64,000 bases of DNA from a bacterium (GCA_031441465.1 JANOEP010000061.1:1-64000), one strand, 5' to 3'. Shown: positions 19,865 to 31,680, numbered from the stretch's first letter. Numbers and translations: made by a program. The notes: a model not told the origin generated them from the letters alone.

Positions 19865-20448
19865 GACAGCATCTCCTTGAGTCGAGCCCGGGCGCGGTGG
19901 AGCTGGGCCTTGACCGTGCCCGTCGCCGTGCCCGTCAGCGCGGCCACTTCCGTCAGTCGGTAACCCTCGATCTCGAACAGCACGAACGCGGTGCGGGCGC
20001 CTGGCGGCAGCGCGGCCACGGCGCGCTCGAGGTCCCAGGCCATGCCGGGCGGCGCCGGAACGACCCTCAACCCGGGGTCGAGCGCCGCGTCCTGCAGGGC
20101 GCCGATGTCGTCGTGCCGGCCCTCCCGTCGCTGGAACTCCCGGCGGCGGTCCAGCGCGGCGTTGACCGCGAGCCGGTGCAGCCAGGTGCCCAGGGTGCTG
20201 TCGCCGCGGAAACCGGCCAGCCCGCGCCAGGCCCGCACGAAGGCGTCCTGCACCGCGGCCTCGGCCTCGTTCGCATCGCCGGTCAGGCGCAGGCATACCG
20301 CGTACATCCGGCCGACGTGCTGCCGGTAGATCCGCTCGAAGGCGTCCCGGTCGCCTTGCCGGGTCCGCGAGACCAAGGAGGTCGCCTCGGTTTCGGTCCG
20401 GTCTGCGGGTGAGGGCAGGGGCTGCATCGGATCCTCCGGTCGGGACAT
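19861..20448 (-). CDS. ECF sigma-70 factor
   Basis: GDRDAFERIY, QDAFVRAW, TWLHRLAVN, GTVKAQLHRAR. Confidence 0.92.
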   Translation of the reverse strand: MSRPEDPMQPLPSPADRTETEATSLVSRTRQGDRDAFERIYRQHVGRMYAVCLRLTGDANEAEAAVQDAFVRAWRGLAGFRGDSTLGTWLHRLAVNAALDRRREFQRREGRHDDIGALQDAALDPGLRVVPAPPGMAWDLERAVAALPPGARTAFVLFEIEGYRLTEVAALTGTATGTVKAQLHRARARLKEMLS

Positions 20449-20523
20449 GGTGCTCCTTGGACGGCGGGGGCGCTGGGAAGGATTACGCCTCGCCCCGGGG
20501 ATTGTGTCCGAACGGAGGGGATT

Positions 20524-20555
20524 AAAAAAGGGAAACCGGCCGGGCCGGTTTCCCT
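20524..20555 (-). terminator. Rho-independent terminator
   Basis: GGGAAACCGGC stem followed by a T-tract on the minus strand, just after the lipoprotein stop. Confidence 0.8.
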
Positions 20556-20574
20556 GGCGGAGGATCGGGCGGGC

Positions 20575-21303
20575 TTATTCGGCGGCCTTGATGGACAGGC
20601 CCTTGCCCGAGAAGACCACGTGGGGCTCCATGCCCTCGGCCTGCATCATGTTGTTGGCGTTGATCTCCCAGATGCAGGTGCGCCCCTCGACGCGGTGGGC
20701 ATTGCTCTCGATGACGTCGCCGGGCAGCGTGATGGCCATGGCCATGGTCATCTCAGAAATGTGCGCCATGAGGCGGCCCATCAGCTCCATGGACTTCGTG
20801 GCGTTCTGCATGGCGGCGTTCATGTCCGCCTGCGCGTCCTCCTTCGCGGATTCGTCCAGCGCGGGCTTCTGGACCTGGTAGGAGGAGAGCAGGTAGTCGT
20901 CGCCGTTCTTGGTGATCTTGATGCCGCCGCCGCCGAAAGAGCCGCCGATGGCCTCGGAGAGCGACATCAGATCCGGGTAGCTGAGCTTCATTTCGACGTT
21001 GCGGCGGCCGTTCTGGACGTCGTTGGTGTACGCGACGAGCTTGACGCCGTGCTTGCCGATCTTCTTGGTGAACTCGTCACGGTCGAAGTTGGCGAAGTCG
21101 GGGGCGTCGTCCATCTCCTTGGCCATGTCGCCGCCCAGCGCGTCCATCTCGGCGAGGGTCTGCTCCACTTCCTGGGAGACCGAATAGGTCATGGTGTAGG
21201 TGCCGCTGCCGTCCTTGGCGATGTCGGTCGCCATCTTGACCTGCACGCAGCCGGCCAGGGCCGCGATGAGGACCGCGAGTCCCAAGAGCACGAGCTTCTT
21301 CAT
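20575..21303 (-). CDS. Lipoprotein (LppM-like), function unknown
   Basis: MKKLVLLGLAVLIAALAG-C lipobox; I.KDGSGT; ITLPG.VIESNA...G....W. Confidence 0.75.
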   Translation of the reverse strand: MKKLVLLGLAVLIAALAGCVQVKMATDIAKDGSGTYTMTYSVSQEVEQTLAEMDALGGDMAKEMDDAPDFANFDRDEFTKKIGKHGVKLVAYTNDVQNGRRNVEMKLSYPDLMSLSEAIGGSFGGGGIKITKNGDDYLLSSYQVQKPALDESAKEDAQADMNAAMQNATKSMELMGRLMAHISEMTMAMAITLPGDVIESNAHRVEGRTCIWEINANNMMQAEGMEPHVVFSGKGLSIKAAE

Positions 21304-21422
21304 GTTCGTTCCTTCCTCTGCTCCGGCCGTGGCCGGGTCGTGACGGTGCGGCGGGCGGTTGCGGCGCCGGCGGCGAAGTATGCGCCATCGGCCCTGCGAG
21401 ATCAAGCGCCCGCGGGAAACGG

Positions 21423-23960
21423 TCAGGGCTCGCCGCGCCAGCCGTCGGGCAGCGCGTCCGGCGGCAGCAGCGCCTGCGGGCGGCCGCGCGATTCCCCGAC
21501 CAGGCGCAGGAATTCCAGGCCGGGGTCGACGGGCGCGGGGAGCGCCGCCGACGCGCCGCGCGGCCACGGCAACGTCAGATTCAACGCCATTCCGGGCAGG
21601 GGGAATCCCAGCTTCGGCATTTCCACCCAGGGACGCGACGGCATTTCCTGCAAACGGACGCTCTCGCCGGGCGCGATGCCGGCCAGCTCGCGGGCGCGGG
21701 CGATGGCGTCGCCGAGACCGCCGATGCCGTCGCACAGGCCGCGGTCGACGGCGTCCTGGCCCATCCAGACCCGGCCGCCGCCGATCTCGCGCACCCGCGC
21801 CTCGTCCAGGCCGCGCCCGTCGGCGACGGCGGCCACGAAACGGTCGTACATCTCGAGGATGCGTTCGCGCGCCATCGCCGACTCCTGCGGCGTGAGCGGC
21901 CGCGCCGGCACGTCGAAGCCCAGCGGGTAGCGCACGACGCGCGACATGTCGGCGTGGCGGCCGCGCGCGACGCCGTCGGCGGCAACGCCGGTCTTCTCGT
22001 GCATCTCTTCGTCCCACAGCCAGCCGCCGATCACGCCGATCGAGCCGGTGATCGTCACGGGGGTGGTCAGGATCTCGGTGCCGTTCATGCTGATCCAGTA
22101 GCCGCCCGAGGCGGCGACGTCGCCCTGGCTGACCACGACCGGTTTGCCGGCCTCGCGCAGGGCGCGGATCGCGCCGGCCACCAGGTCGCTCGGCAGGGGA
22201 TCGCCGCCCGGCGAGTCGGCGCGCAGCACGACCGCCTTGACGTCGGGGTCGCGGACCAGGGCGTGCAGGGCCGCGGCGGTGCTGCGGCCCTTGATGCCGG
22301 TGTCCATCGCGCACTCGCCCACCGCGAAGACGACGGCCACGGCCGGACGGCGGCCCCAGCGCTCGTCGGGAAAACCGTGCGACCGCTGCGGGTCGATGCC
22401 CACCAGGACCGCGCCGCGCTCCTGCAGCAGCCGTTCGGAGAGGTCGTGCCAGCGGGCGGTGCTGTCGGCGAGCCCGAGGGCCACGGCGCGCTGGGCCGAC
22501 AGCAGGACCTCGCCGTTGACGATGGAGTCGAAGGCGGCGGGCGTGAGGCGGCGGCCCTCGGCCGTGGCCGCGCGCGCCCACTCGTAGATGACGTCCGTGA
22601 TGCGGCCGCGCTGCTCGCGGTCGGCCGGCGACATGTCGGTGCGCGACAGGACTTCGACGGCGGTCTTGTGATCGAAGTACTGCAGGGCCTCGAAGCCCAG
22701 GCCCAGCTTGTCCAGCAGGCCGCGCATGTACGTGCGGCTGAGCTGGACGCCCGGGAGGTCGAGGCCGCCCTCGGGATCGATGGTCAGGCGGTCGGCCACC
22801 GCGGCGACGGGGTAGAGCATCATGCCGGCGCGGTCGATGTGGATGTCCACGGTCTTGCCGTGAGCCTGCAGGTCGGCGAGGCGCTCGCGCAGCTCCCACA
22901 GCAGCGACGGCCGGCCGCGCAGGCCGGCGAGGTTCACCGCGACGCCGTCGAGCTGCGGGTCGTCGCGCACGGCATCCAAGGCGCGCTGCAGGTCGAGCCA
23001 GGCGACGCGGGTGTCGTCGAACAGGCGCGGCTTCTGGTAGGTCAGCGCCCGGTTCTCGAGATCGAGGACCGCGAGGCGCGGCGGCGCGTTGCCCGCCAGC
23101 GGATTCGGCAGCAGGCCCGCCGGCAGCGACGCGCGCGGGGGCTCGGATTCCACGAGCCACGCCGTGCCCGTCCGTTCGCCGTCGGCGTCGAAGGCGGGCA
23201 GGGCGCCCAGGCCCAGGCCGTCCATCGTCACGCCCAGGCTCCAGGTCGTGTTCCAGTCACCTTCGTGCTCGCGGGCGCGCAGGCCCAGCCGCAAACCGCG
23301 CAAGGGCTGCACGACCAGACCCAGGCCGCCGGCGCCGTCGTCCCAGCGTTGGTCGCCGGTCAGCGCGTAGTCGGCGAAGACGGTCAGCAGGGGCGAGCCC
23401 AGCGGTCGCAACGACACGTCGGCCAGGGCGGCGCGGCCGTCGGACTCGAGGGACTCGATCCCGGTCAAGCCCAGCGCGAGCCCGCGGCCGGGGCGCAGGA
23501 TGTGGCCGAACACCAGGGCTTTCTCGCGGCGCAGACCGACGTCGCCGCGGCTCCAACGGAAGGCCAGCGCGGAGTGGTTGCGTCCGTCGCCGCCGGCGAA
23601 GCCGAACTGCCAATCGGTGGCGCCGCGCGACCCGCCGGGGCCGTCCAGGCTGCGGTGCTGCGCGGCGAGACCCAGGCGCTGACCCCAGCTGAAGCCCCAG
23701 TCGTCGAAGCGGTCGCCGCGGTGGGCGGCATCGGTCCACCAGAAGGCGGCGGAAGCGTGATGCGCCGCCGCCCACGCGGCCGGATTGGCGAACGCGCCGG
23801 CTGCGCCGCCGGAGGCCGAGGGCGGCAGGGCGAGGTAGGGGAAGTCGCCGTGGGGGTCCACCGGCGGGGGGCCGGCGACCACGGACGTCGTCATCGCGAT
23901 GAAGACGGTGGCACAGATAAGCAGGGTGGGAGGGATGGTCGTGACGGCACGGATGCGCAT
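21423..23960 (-). CDS. sppA: Signal peptide peptidase SppA (S49, tandem domains) with extra N-terminal beta-rich domain
   Basis: DSPGG, VAASGGYW, TITGSIGV, GGRVWMG, HKTAVE. Confidence 0.85.
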   Translation of the reverse strand: MRIRAVTTIPPTLLICATVFIAMTTSVVAGPPPVDPHGDFPYLALPPSASGGAAGAFANPAAWAAAHHASAAFWWTDAAHRGDRFDDWGFSWGQRLGLAAQHRSLDGPGGSRGATDWQFGFAGGDGRNHSALAFRWSRGDVGLRREKALVFGHILRPGRGLALGLTGIESLESDGRAALADVSLRPLGSPLLTVFADYALTGDQRWDDGAGGLGLVVQPLRGLRLGLRAREHEGDWNTTWSLGVTMDGLGLGALPAFDADGERTGTAWLVESEPPRASLPAGLLPNPLAGNAPPRLAVLDLENRALTYQKPRLFDDTRVAWLDLQRALDAVRDDPQLDGVAVNLAGLRGRPSLLWELRERLADLQAHGKTVDIHIDRAGMMLYPVAAVADRLTIDPEGGLDLPGVQLSRTYMRGLLDKLGLGFEALQYFDHKTAVEVLSRTDMSPADREQRGRITDVIYEWARAATAEGRRLTPAAFDSIVNGEVLLSAQRAVALGLADSTARWHDLSERLLQERGAVLVGIDPQRSHGFPDERWGRRPAVAVVFAVGECAMDTGIKGRSTAAALHALVRDPDVKAVVLRADSPGGDPLPSDLVAGAIRALREAGKPVVVSQGDVAASGGYWISMNGTEILTTPVTITGSIGVIGGWLWDEEMHEKTGVAADGVARGRHADMSRVVRYPLGFDVPARPLTPQESAMARERILEMYDRFVAAVADGRGLDEARVREIGGGRVWMGQDAVDRGLCDGIGGLGDAIARARELAGIAPGESVRLQEMPSRPWVEMPKLGFPLPGMALNLTLPWPRGASAALPAPVDPGLEFLRLVGESRGRPQALLPPDALPDGWRGEP

Positions 23961-24055
23961 GGCGCTCTCCTCAGTTCGGTCGATGGGGACTTTTGACCGG
24001 CGGGAGCATAACGTCCCGATACGTGCAAGCCAACAGGCGATCCTCGGGGCTCCGG

Positions 24056-24084
24056 TTGACGGCTGCCGTGAAACCGGCTATAAT
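24056..24084 (+). promoter_or_regulatory. Sigma70-type promoter for the AAA ATPase
   Basis: TTGACG (24056-61), 17-nt spacer, TATAAT (24079-84). Confidence 0.7.
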
Positions 24085-24135
24085 AATGACCAGTTTATAT
24101 GAAATTCGGTAATAATTATGACCAGGAGTGATGAA

Positions 24136-25470
24136 ATGTTCGGGTCGCTGCAATCCATCATCCTGGATTTCCAGGAATCCGAGTTGCAGACCGGAGTGCC
24201 CCGGCACCTGCGCATCGAACCCGTACGCGGCAAGGCCGCCGTGTGCATCGGCGTGCGGCGAAGCGGCAAGTCGACGTACCTGTTCCAGGTCATCCAAGGG
24301 CTGTTGGACAAGGGCGTATCGTGCCGGAACATCTTGTACCTGAACCTGTTCGATGACCGGCTCCGCTACCTGCACCGCGACAACATCTCGCTGATCACCG
24401 AGGCCTACTTCTCCCTCTATCCGGACAAGAAGAACGCCGAGACGATCTATTGCTTCTTCGACGAAATCCAAGCGGTCGACGGGTGGGAGCCGTTCATCGA
24501 CCGTCTGCTGCGCACGGAGCGGTGCGAGGTGTACCTCACGGGCTCCTCGGCGCGGATGCTGTCGCGGGAGATCGCGACCCAGATGCGGGGCAGGGCGCTG
24601 TCCTGGGAGATGTTCCCCTTCTCGTTCCGCGAGTTCCTCGATGCCAAAGGCATCGCGAACCGCGCGGCGCTCTCGACGAAGAACCGACTCCGGATCCGCC
24701 ACGCCTTCGAGGAATACTGGGAGACGGGAGGATTCCCGGAAACCGTCGGACTCGACCGCAACCTGCGGATCAGGATCCACCAAGAGTACTTCCACACCAT
24801 CCTGTTTCGTGACCTGGTGGAGCGGCACGACGTCCCGCACCCGAAGGCCGTCGCCGACCTCGCGCGATGGCTGGTCGACAACACGGCCTCGCAGTATTCC
24901 GTCAACAAGCTGACCGGGTACCTCAAGTCGCTTGGCCACAAGGTGCCGAAAGCAGCGGTCGCGGATTATATGGAGTGGTTCGAGGATGCCTACTTCCTGT
25001 TCACCGTACGGATCTTTGACGCGTCGCTGGCGCGCAGCAACACCAATCCCAAGAAGGTGTACTGCATCGACCACGCCCTGGTGGCCTCGGTGTCCTCGGG
25101 GATCCTGATCAACTCCGGGCACCTGCTGGAGAACCTCGTGTTCACGTCGCTCCGCCGGTCGTACCAGGATATCCATTACTACAGGACGAAGTCGGGCCGC
25201 GAAGTCGATTTCATCGTGACGCGGCGCGGCCGCTCGCGGCTGCTGGTCCAGGTATGCGAGACCATCGCCGACCCGTCGACACGGAAGCGGGAAACGGCGG
25301 CCCTGGTCGAGGCGATGGGTGAACTGGGTCTCGATGCCGGTTACATCGTGACCAGGCACGACGACGAGCGGATTGATACCGGAACAGGTATCATTTCGGT
25401 GACCCCGGCTTGGCGCTTCCTGCTCGATCTCGATGGACCACCGGAAACGTCGGGAGCGGACTCGCGATGA
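24136..25470 (+). CDS. AAA_14 + DUF4143 ATP-binding protein (COG1373-like)
   Basis: Walker A GVRRSGKS, FFDEIQ, LTGSS, TGGFPE, KKVYCID, ENLV, EVDF. AGGAG RBS before ATG 24136; alternative ATG at 24118. Confidence 0.9.
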   Translation: MFGSLQSIILDFQESELQTGVPRHLRIEPVRGKAAVCIGVRRSGKSTYLFQVIQGLLDKGVSCRNILYLNLFDDRLRYLHRDNISLITEAYFSLYPDKKNAETIYCFFDEIQAVDGWEPFIDRLLRTERCEVYLTGSSARMLSREIATQMRGRALSWEMFPFSFREFLDAKGIANRAALSTKNRLRIRHAFEEYWETGGFPETVGLDRNLRIRIHQEYFHTILFRDLVERHDVPHPKAVADLARWLVDNTASQYSVNKLTGYLKSLGHKVPKAAVADYMEWFEDAYFLFTVRIFDASLARSNTNPKKVYCIDHALVASVSSGILINSGHLLENLVFTSLRRSYQDIHYYRTKSGREVDFIVTRRGRSRLLVQVCETIADPSTRKRETAALVEAMGELGLDAGYIVTRHDDERIDTGTGIISVTPAWRFLLDLDGPPETSGADSR

Positions 25471-26174
25471 CGTCCTTCTACACCGCGTTCGCCGAGCACT
25501 ATGAGAAAGTCTTCCCGGTCCGCGAGCCGGCCGTGCGTTTCCTGCTGGAGGCCGCGCCGCCCGGCGCGCGCGTGCTGGATCTGGGCTGCGGGCCGGGGCA
25601 CCACTGCGGGCGGCTGGCCGCTGCGGGCCGCCAGCCCGAGGGGCTCGACCTGGACGAGGAAATGATCCGCGCCGCGCTGGCCCGCTACCCCGGCATCCCC
25701 TTCCACATCGGCGACCTGGCCGCGCTGTCGGTGTTGCCCGGGCGGTGGGACGCCGCCTACTGCATCGGCAATGTCGCCTCCCACCTCGACGCGACCGGGA
25801 CGACGGGCTGGCTGGCGGACCTGGCCGCGCGGATGCCCGCGGGCGGCGCCCTGGTCGTGCAGACCGTCGACTGGGACGCGATGCAGGGGAAGACTTCCCA
25901 CGACTTCGCCGATCTCGATTTGGGCGGCGGTGTCGTCTTCGAGCGGGAGTACCGCGACCTCGGACCCGAGCGGACCCGCTTCCTCACGCGGTTGAGCGTG
26001 AAGGGGCGCACGCTGTTCGCCGGCGAGGTCGAGCTGCACCCGCGCAGCGCGGAGCAGTGGCTGGCGCTGTTCGAGGGCGCCGGCTTCGCCGTCGACGGGC
26101 ACTTCGCCGACTTCGCCCGCACGCCCTACGCGCCCGGCGCCGGCGGCAGCGTGTGGCTGGCTCACCGCCTCTGA
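25467..26174 (+). CDS. Class I SAM-dependent methyltransferase
   Basis: VLDLGCGPG, GLDLDEEMI, CIGN; ATGA overlap with the upstream gene. Confidence 0.85.
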   Translation: MTSFYTAFAEHYEKVFPVREPAVRFLLEAAPPGARVLDLGCGPGHHCGRLAAAGRQPEGLDLDEEMIRAALARYPGIPFHIGDLAALSVLPGRWDAAYCIGNVASHLDATGTTGWLADLAARMPAGGALVVQTVDWDAMQGKTSHDFADLDLGGGVVFEREYRDLGPERTRFLTRLSVKGRTLFAGEVELHPRSAEQWLALFEGAGFAVDGHFADFARTPYAPGAGGSVWLAHRL

Positions 26175-26728
26175 GCCGGCTCCTCTTTCAGGGGCTGCGC
26201 TTCCAGCCAATCCTGTCCGAAGATCGACCGCTTCCGCGCCTCGAAGTTCCCCGCCTTCCAGCCGTGGTTCAGGACCGCGCCCCAGCGGCGCCAGCCCGCC
26301 AGGCCCCAGTCCCGCAGCCGCGCCACGGCGCGCAGCCGCGCGGCGGGCGAGGTGTCGGGCGGCAGGTCGCGCCAGGACCGGTGCGCGTCGAAGGACGGGG
26401 GCGTCGTTGGCTTCGGGGGCGGCGCAAGGAACACGTCGTCGAAGATCCGCGCCAGGGATGCCCACCAGGCGGCGACGGCGGGATCCGGTGGCGGCTCCCG
26501 GCCGGACCAGGGCAACAGCGTGACGGGACCGGTGTCGTCAGGGATGGTCGTCAGTCTGGGCTGCGCCGGCAGGTAGTTCTCCGGGAGTCGTGGATGGGGA
26601 GTGGCCTGCAGCCGGTCGCGGGGAGAGGGAGAAGGAGCGGCCGCCGGCTGCCCGACGGCCGTCAACACCAGGAGGCAGGCGCCGACGCAGGACGGCGCCC
26701 CCCGTCGCCGGAGGGCGCGCGTCGTCAC
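26162..26728 (-). CDS. Hypothetical Pro-rich exported protein
   Basis: GTGA-coupled to the PDZ gene; signal-like hydrophobic segment; no recognised domain. Confidence 0.45.
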   Translation of the reverse strand: MTTRALRRRGAPSCVGACLLVLTAVGQPAAAPSPSPRDRLQATPHPRLPENYLPAQPRLTTIPDDTGPVTLLPWSGREPPPDPAVAAWWASLARIFDDVFLAPPPKPTTPPSFDAHRSWRDLPPDTSPAARLRAVARLRDWGLAGWRRWGAVLNHGWKAGNFEARKRSIFGQDWLEAQPLKEEPAQRR

Positions 26729-27639
26729 TTCCTGTCCGCTTCCATCTTCTCGCGCAGCTCGTCGATCATGGCGCGCAACTCGGCGATGTCGGCGTGCAGG
26801 TTCTCGATTTCCTCGCCGGGCATTCCGGCCCGCGGCGCCAGATCGCGGTGCAGGCGCAGGAGAGCCTCGTGGTCCCCGGGGGCGCCGTCGCCGGACCTGA
26901 GCCGGCGCAGTTCGAGGGCGCGCGGCATCTTGCCCATCATGGGCGTCGCGGTGGCGCCGCCCTCGCGCTCGGCCAGCTCGGCCTTCAGCGTCATCTCCTT
27001 GCCCTTGCGCAGGACCTTGGCCTCGAGCTGGTCGCCCTTCGCCATGCCGCGCACGGTCGTGATGACGTCGTCGGGGTCGGCCACCGGCTCGCCGCCCAGC
27101 GCGAGGATCACATCGCCGGCCTGGAAGCCGGCCTTGGCCGCCGGCGAGTCCTCGACCACGGACTCGACCAGGGCGCCGCCGTCCTTGGCGCCGAAGTACG
27201 CGCCCAGCTGCTCGCCGAGTTCGCGCACCTGCACGCCCAGCCAGGCGCCGCCGGCGGCCTGCGGCCAGAAGTCGTCGCCGTAATTCTCGAAGAAGTTGTA
27301 CTCGCCGTCGCCGGACGCGACGTCCTCGTCGTCCAGGACGATGATCTTGTGGCCGTCGAGCTTCATGGTCTCGTCGTCGCCGAGTTCGCGGTCCTCGACC
27401 AGGACCTCCTTGCCGTCCTCGAGCTTCCAGACCTTCAGGTGGGTCTTGCCGTCCTCCTTGACGACTTCAACCTTCAGGTTCTGGTCGACGTCGGTCTCGT
27501 CGTCGCCCTCCAGGACGATGGTGCGGACCTTGACGGTCTTGCCGTCGTCGGCCAGGGCGACCGAGACCGAGAGGGTGAGCGCCAGGGCCACCAGGGCCAA
27601 GCTCGCGAGCCAGGGTTTCGAGGTCAGGGGGCGGATCAT
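26725..27639 (-). CDS. Secreted PDZ-domain protein (no protease domain)
   Basis: Signal peptide; WLGVQV...GALVESVVEDSPAAKAGFQAGDVI; C-terminal coiled coil. Confidence 0.82.
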   Translation of the reverse strand: MIRPLTSKPWLASLALVALALTLSVSVALADDGKTVKVRTIVLEGDDETDVDQNLKVEVVKEDGKTHLKVWKLEDGKEVLVEDRELGDDETMKLDGHKIIVLDDEDVASGDGEYNFFENYGDDFWPQAAGGAWLGVQVRELGEQLGAYFGAKDGGALVESVVEDSPAAKAGFQAGDVILALGGEPVADPDDVITTVRGMAKGDQLEAKVLRKGKEMTLKAELAEREGGATATPMMGKMPRALELRRLRSGDGAPGDHEALLRLHRDLAPRAGMPGEEIENLHADIAELRAMIDELREKMEADRK

Positions 27640-27742
27640 GACGGGGCTTCTTGTCAGGGGTGGGGTCCGGCGCGGGCCGGGCCCGGAATCGGGGATTCCA
27701 GGCGCGTGAAACACATTTGCGCGGCGGGGGTTCCCGCCGCGG

Positions 27743-28816
27743 TCAGGCGTCCGCCGGGGGGCCGGCGTTCTGCAGGTCGTCGTGGAACGCGGTGCCGTAG
27801 ATGTCCCAGACCGACACGAACAGGCCGGCCACGATGGGCCCGACGATGAACCCTGGCATGCCGAACAGCAGCAGCCCGCCGACGGTCCCGAAGAAGATCA
27901 GCAGCTCGTGCAGCTGGGTGTCGTGGCCGACCAGGCGCGGCCGCAGCAGGTTGTCGATGCTGCTGACAACCAGGCCGCAGAAGGCGCCCAGCAGCAGGCC
28001 GCGCGCCGTCTCGCCGGTCGCCAGCAGGATCAGGACGGCGGGCGCCCAGATCATGCCCGCGCCCACGCCCGGGATCACCGACGTCACGACCATGACCGTG
28101 CCCCAGAAGACGGCGCCTTCGATGCCCGCGACGGCGAAGGCGAGGCCGGCGAGGACGCCCTGCGCCAGGCCGATCAGCAGCGTCCCCTTGATGGTCGCGC
28201 GGGTGACCGAGGTGAAGCGGTCCAGCAGCCGGTGCTCGTCCTTCTCCTGCAGGGGCAGGTACCAGATCGCGTGGCGCAGCAGGGACGGGCCGTCCATCAG
28301 GAAGAAGTACATGCAGTACAGCATGACGAACAGCTGCAGCATGGCGTTGATCGTGCCGCGGGTCATGGCGCTCACGCTCTGGAACAGAATCGCGCCGGCC
28401 GAACCCACGATCTCGCCGGCCCTGGTCAGCAGCAGCTCGCGGTAGGGCTCGATCTGCGCCTGGAACGGCAGCGAAGCGAGCAGGCGGGCCATCGCGTCGG
28501 GTTCGGCGAGCCGCTGCTGGGCCCAGGGGATGGCGGTCTCGCTGATGCGCAGCGCCTGGGAGGCGACCACGCCCAGCACCGCGCCCATGGGCACCGCCAC
28601 GACCAGGAACAGGATCAGCAGTGTCGTCAACGAGGCCAGGACCTTGCGCCCGCGCATCCAGGTCAGGAGCCGGTTGTAAACGGGACGGGCCAGGCCGGCG
28701 AAGATCGCCGCGAGCAGGATCGACAGCAGGAAGGTCTTCAGCATGCGGGCGAACAGCACCGAGACGGCGATCACCAGCAGCAGCAGGAAGGTCTTCTGGA
28801 AACGGTCGCGGTCCAT
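27743..28816 (-). CDS. AI-2E family transporter
   Basis: YFFLMDG, IDNLLRPRLVG, GGLLLFGMPGFIVGP. Confidence 0.9.
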   Translation of the reverse strand: MDRDRFQKTFLLLLVIAVSVLFARMLKTFLLSILLAAIFAGLARPVYNRLLTWMRGRKVLASLTTLLILFLVVAVPMGAVLGVVASQALRISETAIPWAQQRLAEPDAMARLLASLPFQAQIEPYRELLLTRAGEIVGSAGAILFQSVSAMTRGTINAMLQLFVMLYCMYFFLMDGPSLLRHAIWYLPLQEKDEHRLLDRFTSVTRATIKGTLLIGLAQGVLAGLAFAVAGIEGAVFWGTVMVVTSVIPGVGAGMIWAPAVLILLATGETARGLLLGAFCGLVVSSIDNLLRPRLVGHDTQLHELLIFFGTVGGLLLFGMPGFIVGPIVAGLFVSVWDIYGTAFHDDLQNAGPPADA

Positions 28817-28826
28817 GGTCCTCCGG

Positions 28827-29461
28827 TCAGGTCAGCGGTTTGCTGACGGTGAAGGCGCCCCGCAGGTCGCCCGTTGCGAAGCCCGTCGCAGCGTCGTCGG
28901 GGTAGAGCTTCTTCACGGCCGCGGCCACGTCCGGCGCGAGTCCATGGCCGTGGCACTGCAGGCACAAGGGCGCCGTGACGATGGCTTTCATGTAGCGGAA
29001 GGTGCGGTGGCCCTCGTCGTCGGTCACGATCTCCCAGGCCTCCAGCGCGCCGGCGCTCTCGCCGGCCTCCTTGCGCGTCGCGAACTCCGCGAGGCGCGCC
29101 CGCTCCCAGTCGTCGGGGGCGTTGGCGGCGTTGCGGACGCGCAGGCCGGTCCGGCTCACGGTCAGGGCCTCCTGAGCGCTGATGGTCCGGGTCAGGGGCA
29201 CGGCCTCGACGCTGCAGAATTCCAAAGCGCCGACGGCGCCCCGCTCCGCGACCGCCTCCTGGAGGGCATCCCGCAGGGTCCGCCCCAGCTTGTCGACGGC
29301 GCCGCGGCAGGCGGTCAGGTGGGCGGTCTGATCGTCTGTGGCCGCCGCGGTCGCGGCGGGTTGCTGCGCGGCGGGCTGCTGCTGCTGCTTGCCTTTGTCG
29401 CCGCAGCCGGCCGGCATCGTCAACGCGGCCAGGGCCGTCAGGTACAGGATGGTCCGGAACC

Positions 29462-29465
<4 letters not shown>
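28827..29465 (-). CDS. DUF3365 (Tll0287-like) monoheme c lipoprotein
   Basis: Lipobox PAG-C; RNAANAPD.WE, FRYMKAI, CLQCH, YP.D.ATGF..GDLRG. Confidence 0.85.
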
Positions 29466-30913
<1,448 letters not shown>

Positions 30914-30921
30914 GTCGCTCC

Positions 30922-31533
30922 TCAGCGGGGGCCGGGTCGGCGCAATCGGGGCAGGAAGGCCGGTACCTCGCGCTGGTAGGCGCGGTAGTCGTCGCCGAAT
31001 GTCCGTACCAGCTTGCGCTCCTCCAGTTGGGTTCCCACCAGCAGGTATAGCACGAAAATGCCCCGCCAGACCACGTTCGTCGTCGTGTAGTCCAGCCCGA
31101 CGGCCAGGATCAGCAGGCCGGCGGCGTACCAGGGGTGGCGGATCAGGCCCAGGACACCGTCGCGCGAGAAGCGGGGCGGCGGCGGGGTGCGGCCGGCGCG
31201 CAAGTCGCGGACCTGTTGCAGGCCCAGCAGCACGCCGCCGTCGTAGCGCCGCGCCCCCAACCAACCCAGCGTTGCCGCGGCCAGAAGGAGCGTCCAGCGC
31301 AGCAGCTGCCAGGGGCCGTGCCACTGCCAGAGAGGGTCGCCGGGGTGGCGGTGGAAGAGGAACCAGACGGCGATCAGCGTGATAGTGCTGAACAGGGTGT
31401 AGGCGAGCCGGTGCCAGGCGGCGCGGGGGCCGACGCGGCGCTGCAGCCAGGCTTCGAAGCCGGGGGTAATCAGCAGGGAGTGCAGGGCGCACCAGAGGGT
31501 GGCGGCCAGGGCGGTGAGGACGAGGTCGTTCAT
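30922..31533 (-). CDS. ICMT/NnrU-like membrane methyltransferase family protein
   Basis: WCALHSLL, IRHPWY, EERKL...FG..Y..Y...VP. Confidence 0.8.
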   Translation of the reverse strand: MNDLVLTALAATLWCALHSLLITPGFEAWLQRRVGPRAAWHRLAYTLFSTITLIAVWFLFHRHPGDPLWQWHGPWQLLRWTLLLAAATLGWLGARRYDGGVLLGLQQVRDLRAGRTPPPPRFSRDGVLGLIRHPWYAAGLLILAVGLDYTTTNVVWRGIFVLYLLVGTQLEERKLVRTFGDDYRAYQREVPAFLPRLRRPGPR

Positions 31534-31680
31534 ACCGGCATCATCCGCCGGGGCGGGCGGTCTGGCAAGTATTGGCAGGGAGGAGGGCGGGCAGGGGCGG
31601 CGCCAACATCCCTGCTGCGCGGGGGGCGCGGGGCGGCTATGCTCCGGGCCCGGGCTTCCAACCAACAACGGCGGGCGACG

